Below, piece after piece: positions 38,544-51,902 of a stretch of 64,000 bases of DNA. The DNA is taken from contig CM119372.1 of NCBI GenBank assembly GCA_051294905.1, positions 16,556,001 through 16,620,000 of the forward strand, in the 5' to 3' direction. This stretch comes from Botryllus schlosseri (lineage: Eukaryota). The notes beneath the pieces were generated by a model. It was not told where the DNA came from. It searched no databases and was given only the letters and a program-made list of their open reading frames with translations. The translations under genes and the position numbers were made by a program. Positions within the stretch are counted from its first letter, which is position 1. Each line of letters opens with the position of its first letter.

Positions 38544-39807
38544 CAGAGGTGGTCAAAGTAGTCAAGAAAGCTACTCAAGTAGAAGTAGAAGTAGCGACGT
38601 GAAAATCTACTCAAGTACGAGTAGACGTACTTCTTCCATAAGCAACCAAAAATACTTGAAGTAGAAGTAGAATTGACTGACACTAAAAGTACTCAAGTAA
38701 GTAAGTAGTTGTGAAAACGATCCTAATTTGTTCACATGGATTGTATAAAGGTGCAAATTGAGCTATGCGAAAGGTGACGAGCTTGATTCACATTGATGCA
38801 TACCAGCAGGTACCCAATTTTCGATAGCATAAGCATTCGTCCACATCATGGGATGAAAATGATAGGATTGATATGGAAATGCGATACTTATTCTGTTTTC
38901 TCGAACAGCCCGTTTTAGAAAATAGCATGGTATGGCGCCATCCCCCATATTATAAGGTCGGTAGTTTAGTTGAGAGGATACGGTGTAAACACTTTGCGCG
39001 ATTAGTAAACGTTGATAAAAAATATGGGGGATCGTAAAAATGCCATATTTTGTAGCTTTATTTCCGGAAATTAAAGGCGTTACTACACTTGCTTTTATGC
39101 TTCAACATGTATGTTATCCATACAAAAGAACTGATATTAATTATAACTCAAAGTATATGATACTGGGAATTGAAAATGAAACATATATACTAGTTCTAAA
39201 AGTGGAACACGTTTGGTGGTATGCTGAAACAGCTCGAAAACTAACAAAAAATGTCAGAGTCCACTTTCCCAGGTTAGGAAGCGCCATGGACATGCTAAAT
39301 TACGATATGACAAGTAAATGCTGGATTGCGAAACATCAGTTTCAAACGTTATGATGAGCCATATATAGGCTACTGCGATAAATTATTTCATATGGGCGAA
39401 GGGCGACAATGTGGTGTGAACTCAGGGATATCTAGATATCCCTGTGTGAACGGAATCACGCCAACCTGCTACTTGATACTTTCGTGAAATAATACTGGTA
39501 AAGCCATATCCACTGCGCGCGAAGCGCGATGAAAATTCTAGGCTTCACTCAACTTTTATGGAAATTAAATGTTGGTACTCCGTGAAAACAGCCCCGAAAT
39601 TCCTCAGGCTATCTTCCTGATTGGAAGATTGAACTACTTCTACTTGACAAACTGAAAATAGCGAAAAGTAGGTAAGTAGATCACAAAATATTATGAAGTA
39701 GAAGTAGAAGTAGCAAAAATCAGATCTACTTGAGTAAGTAACAGAAGTAGAGGAAAACTACTTCAGTAGTTCGAAAAAGTAGAGTACTTCGTTACCGACC
39801 ATCTCTG
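38544..39807. mobile_element. hAT-type element (cagaggtggtc family)
   Basis: cagaggtggtc / gaccatctctg; perfect TSD gagacagc. Related copies at ~14745-15450, ~37500-38122, 52720-53206, 58947-59370 and ~59895-60353. Confidence 0.88.
39423..39444. mobile_element. 22-bp palindromic micro-insertion
   Basis: cagggatatctagatatccctg flanked by duplicated tgtgaac; absent from paralogous copies near 15160 and 37600. Confidence 0.75.
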
Positions 39808-40132
39808 GAGACAGCCTATTATAGTCAACCTTTTTCGAGCATCTTTACGGTTCTAAGAGATCCATCGACTACTCAGGACCTATCATCTGGAATGCATCAC
39901 CATATCTGTGAATGGCCTTGGAATAGATTCAAAAAGAGCTACATAATTACCTTTTGTCGTCACACTAACACTGTTGTCATACCTCGCCCGATATTGAATA
40001 ATTGATTCGCTACCATCTTTTAATTTGTTTTTTAATTTCCTTTTTAACTAACATTTGTAACAGCCACACTGTGTAGAGACTAGTGTACCTGTTTATTGCG
40101 GGTGTGATCAGACTAGTTGACCTCCAAGGACG

Positions 40133-41448
40133 CAGAACCGTAACCACCGCTCCCCAAACCCCCCAATTTGGGGGGGGGGGGCGACTTCGAAGGGGACCCA
40201 AAATTATTTCGTGAATTACCATCAATTACAGAGTATGTTGTTGAGAAATTTATGCAACTCTTTCAAAAATTTTTCGCGCTGCAATATCTTGAATACTGGG
40301 TACCCTTTCCCCGACAAAAATACGCATCATTTATACAAATGGAGGCTTCAGTGTCGGCCATTACTGCGCCACGACGCACCAAGACATTGAGGTTATAGCC
40401 ATTTAACATGCGACTCTGAGAAGTGTGCCAGAACGATCAGCAGCGAGACCTTGACCGAAAATGAATGTCGTGTGCTGACCAAAAGCTTCAATATATATAT
40501 ATACAATACATATTACATATATGCTTAATTGTCCATAGGCGCCTAAATGACTGACACCGAATGTTCCTGTACTGGCGATCTGAACCCCGCAGAACAAATG
40601 CCATCCCTCAGGGAAAAATTATTTGCCAGAAAAGAAATACCGATTTGAAATCATGTGCGCCTCTTAGTTTAGTACGTTATGGCAATTTCCATATCTTTTG
40701 ACATAGCAGATATTGGAGGTCACGAAATAGCATCATGTAACAAAGTCAATATACCAACGAATCCGCCAGAAGATGTTTAATTATTATTTACGGGTCCTAC
40801 CTTTTCCAACACACTTCATTCAGCTCTACCGGTAAATCTGATTACCTGAGCAGAGAGAGGATAAAAAATTGATGGCAGTACAAATGCAATTCCCGATCAT
40901 ATTGACCGATTCAAACATGTATTAAGAGCGCGTTTAGGTGAGATAAGGTGACTCACTAAACCATCAGTTCTCAAACTGGGAAGCGCGCCCCCCTTGGGGG
41001 CGTGAGAGCATCTGAAAGGCCGCGAAGTTGACGTCAACTGAAGATTTTTTTCGCGCTCGGCGCGATTTACCTCACTTTCATGGTTATTGCTCTGTCTTTA
41101 GTCCGAATTTCATATTTGAGAATTATGTCATCAACTGTCATAACCTTCCATGCCATCAAACTAGCCGTTGGAATTGCTAGCATTCTGGTTGCATTTTCTA
41201 ATATGACGACAAGGGGGCGCGAATTTTTTTCACTATCACAAAGGGGGGCGTGTCTAAAAAAGTTTGACAACCACTGCACGAAACAGTACATCTAATGTAG
41301 CTGATAAGTAGCGGCAAAAAGCGTACAGGCTGAAGGGGTATGGGGGACGACTCTCCCCATAAGTTTGGTTTATCAGCCTATGGGGGACCAAAGACCAATG
41401 TCTGATTTTTGGGGGGAGGGGGGCCGACGAATTGCTGTTACGGTCCTG
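40133..41448. mobile_element. hAT-type element with nested fragments
   Basis: cagaaccgtaac / gttacggtcctg; TSD caaggacg. Confidence 0.85.
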
Positions 41449-42323
41449 CAAGGACGTATCGATAATTTCTATCTGATACCGAATACTGCTGTGCATGCGC
41501 ACATTCTCTGCACCACCATTATCGTAGGTAGGGCGATTTTCGTACCTAAAAACGGTAGATTTTGACCTAAAAAATCAAAATTTCGGAATATTTTGACCTT
41601 GTAAAAATTAATTTTAACCAAATTTTGACCTAACGCATGCAAATTAGCTGTTTTCCCACATAATGTTAGAATTGTACTACTTATCTTCATTTCTGGTTCG
41701 AACTGTCAGTCCTTACGAAGCAGTTTATCCTGAAAAAACTTTTTGACTCAAAAACTGACAAATTTTACATGAAAAAAAACTTTATTTTAGCGAAATCTTG
41801 GCCTATGAAGAATTCCAGTAGTTACATCACCTATTATGGTAGAAATAGCCTAATACAAATTTGTTGTAGTACAACGAAAGATACTTTCCTACATTCTCAG
41901 GTAGAAAGTGTCCGTCCTCACTATATAGCTCGTCAGGAATGTAGAAAGAACGTTTAACAGTATAGCAGTTGTTGGCTGACAACAGCCAATGCGTTTCTTG
42001 CTATAATAATCATACAATGCCCATGCCCACGCAGTCTTACTTCAATTAGGATATTGCGGTAGGTTGAGCATAACACCACGCCAACCTATTTGTTTAATTT
42101 TAATTTTTATGATTCACAATGACCAGGCAATGGTCCGTCTACAACGGTAGACCATAAAGTAGGCTACAAGCTGTAAAATGTCAAGCGATAAGTTCACCAG
42201 CAGTGCAAAATATATGATACAAACGAAATGCAGGTTGCAAACAAATTTTAACTTTGTAAATAATGTTGAATTTTTTGACCTAATTTTGACTTTTTTACCA
42301 TGTCAAAAAAATTGCATTAAATA

Positions 42324-42629
42324 TAGGGTTACCATACGTCCTCTTTTAAGAGGATTTGTCCTCTTTTCGACTCTTTTGCAAGTGTCTTCGCAGGACGCCT
42401 ATATGTCCACTTTTTGAGAATTTGACCTCTTTTCTGAGAATTTTGGTTAAACTTACGTGGAAATTGGACAGAGATATAGGAAATAAGCGGTCAAATAACG
42501 GTCCGAAGGGTTTTTCGAGACTTGTGCCAGAAAGATAACCTTTACCATCAGGATTTTATACCAGTATTCCAAGTCTGGAAATTTTGAAAAAGTGTCCCCT
42601 TTTCAGAATCCCAAAATATGGTAACCCTA
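42324..42629. mobile_element. hAT-type MITE (family of 7137-7660)
   Basis: tagggttaccata / tatggtaacccta; TSD not recognisable. Confidence 0.75.
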
Positions 42630-43965
42630 CATTATTACCATGCATCAGTTCATTGCATTGCATTGTACATTGTATCTCTTGAGCGGATAAAAATAACAGA
42701 ACCACGATGCTGCGCCTCACTAATAAGTACCACAAATCTCGCTGATAAGTAGCCGTCATGTTTGCGCGATCATTCGTTTTCGATTCATTCATTTTGTGCG
42801 GAACCATAAATGGGGCAGCCCAAACCGCCCAATTGGAGAGGGGCCGAGCTTGAAAAGGGCCCAAAATTCTTTTGCAAATGAACATATATCATAGCGTATT
42901 TTTTGAAACTTTTTCCAACATTTTTCAATTTCTTCTCGCGCTTTGCGCGATTTAGTGTCTACAATTGTCTTGCTTATTAGGTGCCCTTCTCCGTGGAATA
43001 CGCATGATTTATAGAAATAGGCATTTTTGCGTCATCCATTACCGCGCCACGACGTACCAGCACACAATGAAGTTTTGGTTAACATGAGATTCCGAAAGGT
43101 GTGCCAAAAATGCGGTAGTGAGAAAATCGATTCAATCATGAATGAAAATCTTCGCTATTGTCGCGATTAAGCAGCATGAACTCTTTGCTTACACCGAGTG
43201 GAATGAATGTTCTCACAAGTACTGATGAAGCATCCATCCAACTGTCGGGTCTGGGCGGGGGCGAAGCCCCCGGAAGTTCGGCTTATCGCCCTGTGGGCTG
43301 ACCAACGTTTTTGGGGGTGGGCTGACGAAGTGCATTTTCCGCCCGGATTTGCGGATGGCCGGTAAAGCTGCTGCCTCCTGTATAAGGTGTTTTCTTGCGG
43401 CACACATTGTATTCGTAGTTGCCAGAGTAGCCTGCGTCTAGTGGCAGTGAGCAATGAGCAAGGTAGCACGACAAGGTTCTTGGTTCGACTCCGAAACATT
43501 TCTTCGCTCGATATTGTCAAAGAGAAGGATAGTATTAGAGTTGGCGTGGTCGGTTAAACCCTCGGCCTTCGGTGCGAAAGACTGTAAACGACTCTCGGCG
43601 GTAGCAGCACGTTTGTCTGGACAAGGCAATTTTACCTCAACTCAGCAGACTCACTTCCATAAAATAACATAGATGCCATCATGAAGATAATTAATTACGA
43701 TCCAAACCCTCTAAATGTCACTCTCTAGCACCATAAATTGCACAAAAACGGTTGCATACTATACATTTTGGCTTCATTTCAGTTTTGAAAGCTCACCGGT
43801 CCGCCAGACATTTTTTGAAATTTTACCGGTCCGCGAGGTGAAAAAGGTTGAGAACCACTGATCTTGACCACAGCGCTAAAATAAAATTAATTTTCGCGGA
43901 CCAGTAACGAACTCCACAGGTTGCCGCCCACTGTCCTGCTATCATTGGCCGTACCGGATGATTCG

Positions 43966-45360
43966 CAGGGTTGTAATGACTCGAGTAATGACTAGGGCTG
44001 GGCATAATGATTCGAGTACTCGAATCTGAATCGAGTAATATTATTGATTCGAGTCGAGTAGTAAAAGATGATTTTTTCGAGTACTGAAATTATACACTCC
44101 TCGCAACTGAAAGTTAATCTATCGACGAGAATTATAGTTTCGGTACTATTTTCCACTGTGCAAGCCTTGAAACCTTGCTTGGTCGTATCGCTGCATACGA
44201 AACATACATATCTACTAACGTTACTGGAAATAACACATTACCGAAGTCCTGACCACTCCACAACATCGTCACAAAGTGCAATGAAATCGGTATGGTCCAA
44301 AAAATATCAGGCATTGTATTCTTTCGAGTGGCAAGAAAGGTACATATTTGAACTAAGACATCTTTCATTCGGCTATGACGTCATAATGAGTGCTACTCGA
44401 ATACTCGACTCGACTCGAAGTATAAAACGTGATTCAGAATCGAATCACTCAGGTACTCGATTTTGCCCAGCCCTAGTCATGACTCAACTCGAGTCAGACT
44501 CGAGTCAAGATTTTCTGATGACGCGACTTGACTCGAGTCATTTTCTCAAAATACGGAAATGACTCGATTCGACTCGAGTCAACATGTATATTGACTCGAC
44601 TTGCACTCGAGTCATTACACAAGACTCGAACCAAGTCATATGACTCGAGACTAGTTTCGTTGTAATTTCGAAAAGTAGTGTAGCCTATAACCACCCTATT
44701 GGGAGTTCGTCTATTGGTACTGGTACTTGAAAATGCGACCAGAACTATTAAAAGTGAGGAAAATTAGCATATTATAAATGCGAACCAATCAATCAATCAA
44801 TCAATCAGGTTTAATAATATTTTCATCACCATTCGATATCACCAAACAGCTGAGTTATATGAGTGGGTTTATAACATCGTCGTTGGGTTATATTTTTCAT
44901 CTGAACAGTCACACACAATGTACAATGCGATAAGACACAATGCGATGTCATGAACAAAATGGAGGATGTCGAACGATACACGTTTCAATCAATCAGGTTT
45001 AATAATATTATCATCGTTTCAAAACATCACAAGACTGCGATACAATGAAAAGATAGGAAGGTGTCGAAAGAACTTGGAGTAGCCTTTAAGATCAGGGCCC
45101 ACCTAGGCGAAGTAAATAAGAAGCATGCACACTTTATGAAAAGTAATGCAGCAGAGAATACTTTATCTGGAAACTGAGCCCTGAGCAGTCAACACAATGA
45201 ATTGGACTCGGACTCGAGTCATAATACCATGAATTGGACTCGAACGTCTGCTCGATGACTTGGACTCGGATTTGACTCGGTGGCGAAGTGAAAATGACTC
45301 AACTTGACTCGAGACAAAACTAAAAAAGTGAGATTAACTTGCGACTTGGTTACAACCCTA
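43966..45360. mobile_element. cagggttgtaa-family MITE with nested MITE 43993-44475
   Basis: Outer TSD atgattcg/aagattcg; inner TIRs tagggctgggca / tgcccagcccta with TSD gtaatgac/gtcatgac. Confidence 0.85.
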
Positions 45361-45938
45361 AAGATTCGAGACGTCGATTCGATTCAATTTATTTACAAAG
45401 TCGCTTTGACTCCGTGATGTCTTTTCATCGACACAATCTCGCGACAAATTAGAAGCGACGATATTAGAAGAATGAATGACGATCAACTCCACTCACAATA
45501 CAGATTTCCACATGGTGGTCCGGTGAGAAGAAACGTCCCGAACGTCGACTGCGGACGATTGAATGACGTCATAGCTAAGAGAATGAATACTTACACATAG
45601 CCCAATATGGTGCCTATGTATTCATCCGCTACTTACAGAGATTTATTGAACACGTTCATTCATGGGATGTATAACCTAATATGTAGATAATCGCCAATGA
45701 ATTATAAAGTATGTATGATAATTGATGTATAAGAACGCTCATACGGATATATATAGTTGCAGTCGGTGTAGCGTAGCATAGCATCTCGGAAAGAAGTTCG
45801 TTTTACCATTATCCATCACGACTCACGAGTACATTCTTGGGCGTGAGGTGGTGAGCGGTACAGCTTAGTTTTGCTTCTACATTGTTGCTTGTGTTTTGTT
45901 TCAGTATATTCGGTTAGCGAAATAGTTCTTATTTGATC

Positions 45939-46484
45939 ATGGCTACCTCTGGAATTGAAGTAAAGGATCCGAAGGCTGTTGAGGCTGTGAAACAGTTCAA
46001 TGCCCGTAAACTGCGTGCCTTCGTGCTGAAATTCGAGGCTTCCACCACGAAGCAGTGGAGTCCAAGCAAGGTGATTCTGGATAGCACTTTAGAGGCTACC
46101 AAAGGAGACATAACTGAAGAGAACCATATCTGGAATGAGCTAACGTTTTCTGATGAAGATCCGGCTTACTATGTTTGCTGGTTCCGAAGAGGCGGCATGG
46201 GTGATAGTGAAAATGCCAATGCCGATGATGTAGCAGTTCTCCTGTGGTGGACGTCTGATGAGATGAACATAAAGCGTAAAATGCTTACGTCGAGTACCCT
46301 TGGTGCCGTGAAGAAATTTTTAACCAAAAATAACCTCGGCAGTATATATGAGTGTCGTATTGGAGGTAAAGACGAACTGAAAAGTAAACACGTCTTCAAA
46401 GCCATTCTTGATAAAAAGAAGGGCTTCGACCAGAATTTGTCAGTCTTCGAAGGAGCTCCAATTTGTGAATTGAAAAAGAAGTGA
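45939..46484 (+). CDS. Divergent ADF/cofilin-family protein (181 aa, intronless CDS)
   Basis: MATSGIEV start, RKLRAFVLK, DEDPAYYV, VLLWWTSDEMNIKRKMLTSSTLGAVKK matching ADF-H motifs (SGV.V; W.PD...K.KM.YASS). Probable 5'UTR intron ~45851-45904; AATAAA at 47090. Confidence 0.85.
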   Translation: MATSGIEVKDPKAVEAVKQFNARKLRAFVLKFEASTTKQWSPSKVILDSTLEATKGDITEENHIWNELTFSDEDPAYYVCWFRRGGMGDSENANADDVAVLLWWTSDEMNIKRKMLTSSTLGAVKKFLTKNNLGSIYECRIGGKDELKSKHVFKAILDKKKGFDQNLSVFEGAPICELKKK

Positions 46485-49462
46485 GCAATAGCCGGACTGG
46501 CATGGTCTAATCTGGATTCAAAGTTTATTTGAGCCGTATTGTATGATAATCAACGCTCTGAAATTTGACTCAAACCGTTTGTGGAGTTTACCGATGTCCT
46601 GTTTAATTCAGTGGTTCTAGTTTGTTCAGTAGGTAAAATTGCTGCTCCTATGTCAGTGTTATTCTATCTGACGAATCGGCAATAACTCATCAATGTTGCC
46701 GAATAAGTTGGGAATTGCTTGTTATTCTGGAATTTTACCAGTCATATGAATAATATTGTGATCTAGTCATTGACATGTTAGAACGAGGTTGAGCACGATT
46801 TATGCATTCATTTCATGTTAAGTAATAGGAACTGTTTTTTGACCCGTTCTTTATAATATGTTGCCAACACTTCTGTGGCTTTCAATTTTTCATTTTGGTC
46901 AGGTTGTCAGTGTTTAGCGACTGCTCGTAGGCTGTTTCCTGACAAGGACTGTAATGGTTCATTGACAACATTTAGATTTCATGTGCAAATTGTGTGATGG
47001 ATCAATTAAACTGCCTTGACCTTCATGTAACCCAGGGCATTTGCTTCTCTGTTTAGTCTACTCCATTCAGACTTGTGTTTATAAGCAGAAATAAATGTAA
47101 TCAAATTGCTTCTAAAATATCTGGTGTTGGTGTTCTTATGAAAGCTGTACAAGTCATGCTGTGAATGTCGATTGCTCAACATTTGTTCTAGTGTTTATGC
47201 TAATCTGAACTCGACTCATCCTGCTGTCTGAACGACTTACGCAGCGATTTAATAAGGCTTGACCTGATCTGCCCTTCGCAGAGTTGATACCTGTACTATA
47301 TTCCCTAGTTTGTGAAGGCGAAAAAGCTTCTGCCCCTGCAAATGATTATTTGTGAACATTGTGACATGGCAGGTTAGGCTCATTTCTGGAAATGTTGCCA
47401 CAGATATTGAAAGAGGCAGCATTGAGCTGAGGAGCTACATGCCTGAATAAGGAGGTTGGAGATGTTATAGCAAGCTGGTTTTCTGATTGCTGAGGGACAA
47501 ACCTTCTCTACGATTCTTTCAAAAGGAGCCTAATTTTTTTGTGACCTACATTTAACTGGAGATGCCTCCAGTAGGGTGTAGGGTTCCATGTTTTGATATC
47601 ACAAAAAGACAATGCTTAAAAATTCTGAAAGCTCTACGACCGGAAAATAATACTGATTATTTCAAAATCTATTCGGCCAATAGTACTGTGTTGACTCGAT
47701 TAAAATTAATTCATGTATAAATACATTTTACAATACTTCTGTGGTGTTGACTAAAAAAAAAGGTCCTCTCTACCCCCAAAATACCCGTCACGCCGTGTTT
47801 TTCGTTGATTGTCTTGCCAACTCAGCGTTTCCAGTTTTTCGTCGCATTTTAATACTTTTGGTAGATAAAGAGGACAAATTTCCCTAAAAATAGGATATTC
47901 AGTCGTCCTTCGAGGACACTTTCAATTTGTTGAAAGAGGGTCCAACTTTGGCTCAATTCCAACCACTAGAAGCGAAGTTATTGCAGTAGAAAAATTTCCA
48001 ATTCTATGATTTTATAATAAATAGCTACCGTAAATACTATTTTATTGAAATCTAAATTTTTCGACTGAGATAACTTCGCTTCTAGTGGTTGGAATTGAGT
48101 CAAATTTGGTGTGCATCATCTGTACTGACAGCCTAACAATTTTATAGGGTTGGCAGAAAAATTTTGAAATCTTATTTATTAATTTTTTGATAAATTCAAA
48201 ACGTACTACTTCAAGAAAATCGCTTCTACTGGTTGGAATTGAGTCAAAGTTGATGTGCAGCGTTGTTTTCACCAACCTTACAATTTTATCACATAGCCAG
48301 TGAAATCTGAATAAAAAGTTTTTTTTGAACAGCCCTACTGAAGTGAACACCTTCAGTTTTATCATTAAACATAAACAATTTAAACATATTAGAGCGAAAT
48401 GCCGGTAATATAATTCTAATCAAATTTCGGAAATGTTTCTTATTGGTTTAGCTCTGTTTGCGTTCAGACTAGAGCGCCATCACCGAGGTGGGGAAAATAT
48501 CCATCGAAAAAAAAGGTCATCAAAGATTCCGATTATTAATTAAATTTCCCGTGAAAGTGCTGCTTTCGAAAATGTCCCGTTGTAATTCCAATCTAATTTA
48601 CGGTTTTCATGAAAATGCGACGAAAGAACTGTATTTTGCGAAAGGAGTCAGGCTTTCTGTAAATATTGCCAGCCTCATACTCAGAGAATGAACACTAATT
48701 TGATATGAACTGAACATATGATTTCATCTCCAATTTTTCACGAATTCAGTAATTCTAATTCCAAATATATGGAAAAAACTGAGTATCACTATAATTCTAA
48801 TTCCAGTGTAATTTGGAAAAAAATATCTAGCTATTTTTTAAATTCTAATCTGATTTCAGAAAGCTGAAAATTTTCCAGTTGTCCAAGTCTGATGACAGCA
48901 TTTTCAAGTAATAGTAATCGATTGCATTCGAATAAAATCAGAAGTGTTCATAATCGATTATATCCTATATCTAACCGCGATTACTATGATGTAAGACACG
49001 TATTTCCTTCAAGACAAATATTTGTCTGGTAAACCGTGGTCTCACATTTCATCTTTGGCGACTCGTGCGTGACATTATCCTTGACCAATGACCACGGTCA
49101 AATTGGTCATGTCTTGACTGACCATGAAATTGAATGCGAATTTGGTCAATTTATCAAGCTTGAAGATCCATTTCTCTATGGGCACATCATCAACTTAGAA
49201 TCAAAAAAATCGTTTGCATTCTTAAGTAGGCCAATTGTGTCAGAGGTGGGTGGCAATTGCAGTTCATTCAAATCCTTCATCAGCCTCGCAGCTCGGCAGC
49301 TGAAGATTCGCTTTAGGCAGTTGACGCCTGTCACTGTCTTCATTTTTATTCTGATATTTGAGGGAAACAGGTTATATTCATACTCATGGCGTATTAACGT
49401 CTCTGCAACTTACGAAAGTGAAGGCAGTAGTAGCATTCCTCGTTCCCGACATAGCGTCGATG

Positions 49463-50024
49463 CAGGGTTGTAATGACTCGAGTCATGACTCGACTCGAGT
49501 CCGACTCGAGTAACGATTTTCTGATGACTCGACTTGACTCGAGTCATTTTTTCAAAATACGGAAATGACTCGACTCGAGTCAATCTGTGTATTGACTCGA
49601 CTTGGACTCGAGTCAATGGGCATGACTCGAGACTCAGACGGCCAAGACCGACATTTCATTGTAATTCCGAAGCCAACACACTATTGGGATTTCGTCTGTT
49701 GGTACTGGTACTTGAAAATGCGACCAGAAACTGCTAAAAGTGAGGAAAATTGTTATATTATAAAGGCGAACCATTCGATATCACCAAACAGAGTTATAAA
49801 AAGTGGGTTTACCAAGACTTCAACTGGAAACTGAGCACTCAACACAATGACTTGGACTCGGACTCGAGTCATTATTCCATGACTCGGACTCGACCCTCTG
49901 TTCGCTGACTTGGACTCGGACTTGACTCGGTGGTGAATTGAAATGACTCGACTTGACTCGAGTCAAAACTATAAAAGTGAGATTGACTTGTGACTCGGAG
50001 CCTTGTGACTTGGTTACAACCCTG
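49463..50024. mobile_element. cagggttgtaa-family MITE, intact copy
   Basis: TIRs cagggttgtaa / ttacaaccctg; perfect TSD cgtcgatg. Confidence 0.92.
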
Positions 50025-51902
50025 CGTCGATGCCCGACATTCACAAAATTCATGGGCCCGCTCTAAGGTAGGCTCTACTACGCCATATCAAGTATGACAT
50101 AGCAATGCTCATGACCACGAAAAGGGAATTGGCATATAGATGAGATGAAGTTAATCGGTAAAATGAATTACATATAGGCCAACGAAGATGCGTCTATATT
50201 CTATTGTGGAAAAAAAGTATTCGTGTATGTTTTCAACAGGCTGTTGTAATTCTGAACAAGTTGTGAAACGCTTTTCCCGAGTTATAACAAACACGTCCGG
50301 TCCGTATTGAAACAAATATACCTGTACCCGTTACCAGACCCGGACTTGCCGGATTAGACCAATTAGAGCAAAATGCCGCTAATCTTATTTGCGAAATGCT
50401 TGTATGCTCAAATTTCTGGGTTTCCCGAAAATGTTACAGGAGAACTGTGAGGGAAGATGTGGTACCGATGGATCACTGGGACCGAAAATACTTAAAAAAT
50501 TGTCCATGATAATTCCGTGATTACACTCCGTGAATTTGTCTACAGGTACATGCTGACAAAATCTTTCCTCACATGCCAAAAAATTCGACCTGCATGAGTT
50601 ATGGGGTCTGTGACGAATGATTTACGTTTTAGGGGGTGTAAAGTAAATTTGGATCGACATTTGCATTTTTCTATGTTACCTTTCAGACTAACAAACCCGC
50701 CATAATTTTTGATGTGAAGTATAGGGCTTGTATCAGGGTATATAATGGCACATATTTTTTGAATCAATACCATTCTCGAGTGGACTATTTTCAAGTCAAT
50801 TACAATATTTATGGGGTGGGGGACCTATGGTAGCATAGCCAAATCGAGCAAAATAGATGGACAAACTAATCACTTAACAACAGAAACTCGCCTACATATA
50901 TATAGGCTGTAAATCATAGTTACCGGTGGTGTTTTATCGCTATAACGGGATATTTGAAAGTCAAAATGTCGATTTGCGGGTAATATGTATGTGGCATTAA
51001 TTTTGTAAGTTTAGGCGTAAATCAAAACATGATTTTATGCCAACATTTGAGTTGATATAATCTATTTTATTCTTGTAGGTCGCGACGAAACATTCTTCAT
51101 TGGCTTGTAGTAGCTTAGCTTATAGTACACAACAAAACAAGTTAATAAATTTGAGTTTTTGAGCGTATGTCCCATAGGTCCCATGGTCGTGTGCCTTTGG
51201 ACCCACCGGGTGGGGACCGATGACACGTTCGAGCAACACATTTTAAACGTTTATAAATATTTTTTGAAAAGGCGGATATCCATGTAAATGTCCGCGATAG
51301 GTAGAGTTTGTATCGAAGTGTTGAGACAGCAAAAGATCTGCTATTCCCGGCTGAAGATTTGAGGGCCGGAGATCATTTTGCAATTATTGATCCGTCGGTA
51401 CCACATCTCCCCTATACATAGTGTATGCACTGCGATACGAGCCATGCTTATGAGAATGATCTCTGATTTAATATCAACTGAACCTTGGCTGTTTTTGTAT
51501 TTCTTCCTAATTCGGAATTGAATTCAATTTCCCATTTTTGTAGAATTCAGTAATGCTAATTCCAATATAATTTGGAAAAACTGTGTAGCTACAAATCAAG
51601 CTAAATCAAATTTCGAACCGCTGAAAATTGTGTAGTTGACTAACTCTTCCCGATCTCACCCATTCCTCATCCCAAGACCGCGCAACTAACATGTCAGCTT
51701 ACATAAACGACGCATGAGTTTTTCAAAAAGAGAAATCGTATTTCTGAAGCACCGGAAAGAAATGGAGAAAAGTCACATTGAAAGTATCTATAATATATGA
51801 ACTTGGTCAAGAACCAAAAATAAATAGCACCATGTTGCCGCAATACACAGTAGATTTTGCAAAATATTCAAGCTTTTTCAACCGAAATAGGACACAAGCA
51901 TC

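Noticed and set aside
44068..44562. 164-aa ORF
   Set aside because: Spans nested MITEs; a related copy at ~32630-32960 lacks the ORF
49036..49473. 145-aa plus-strand ORF
   Set aside because: No recognisable motifs or ATG start; the opposite strand weakly resembles a decayed LINE 3' end, too weak to call
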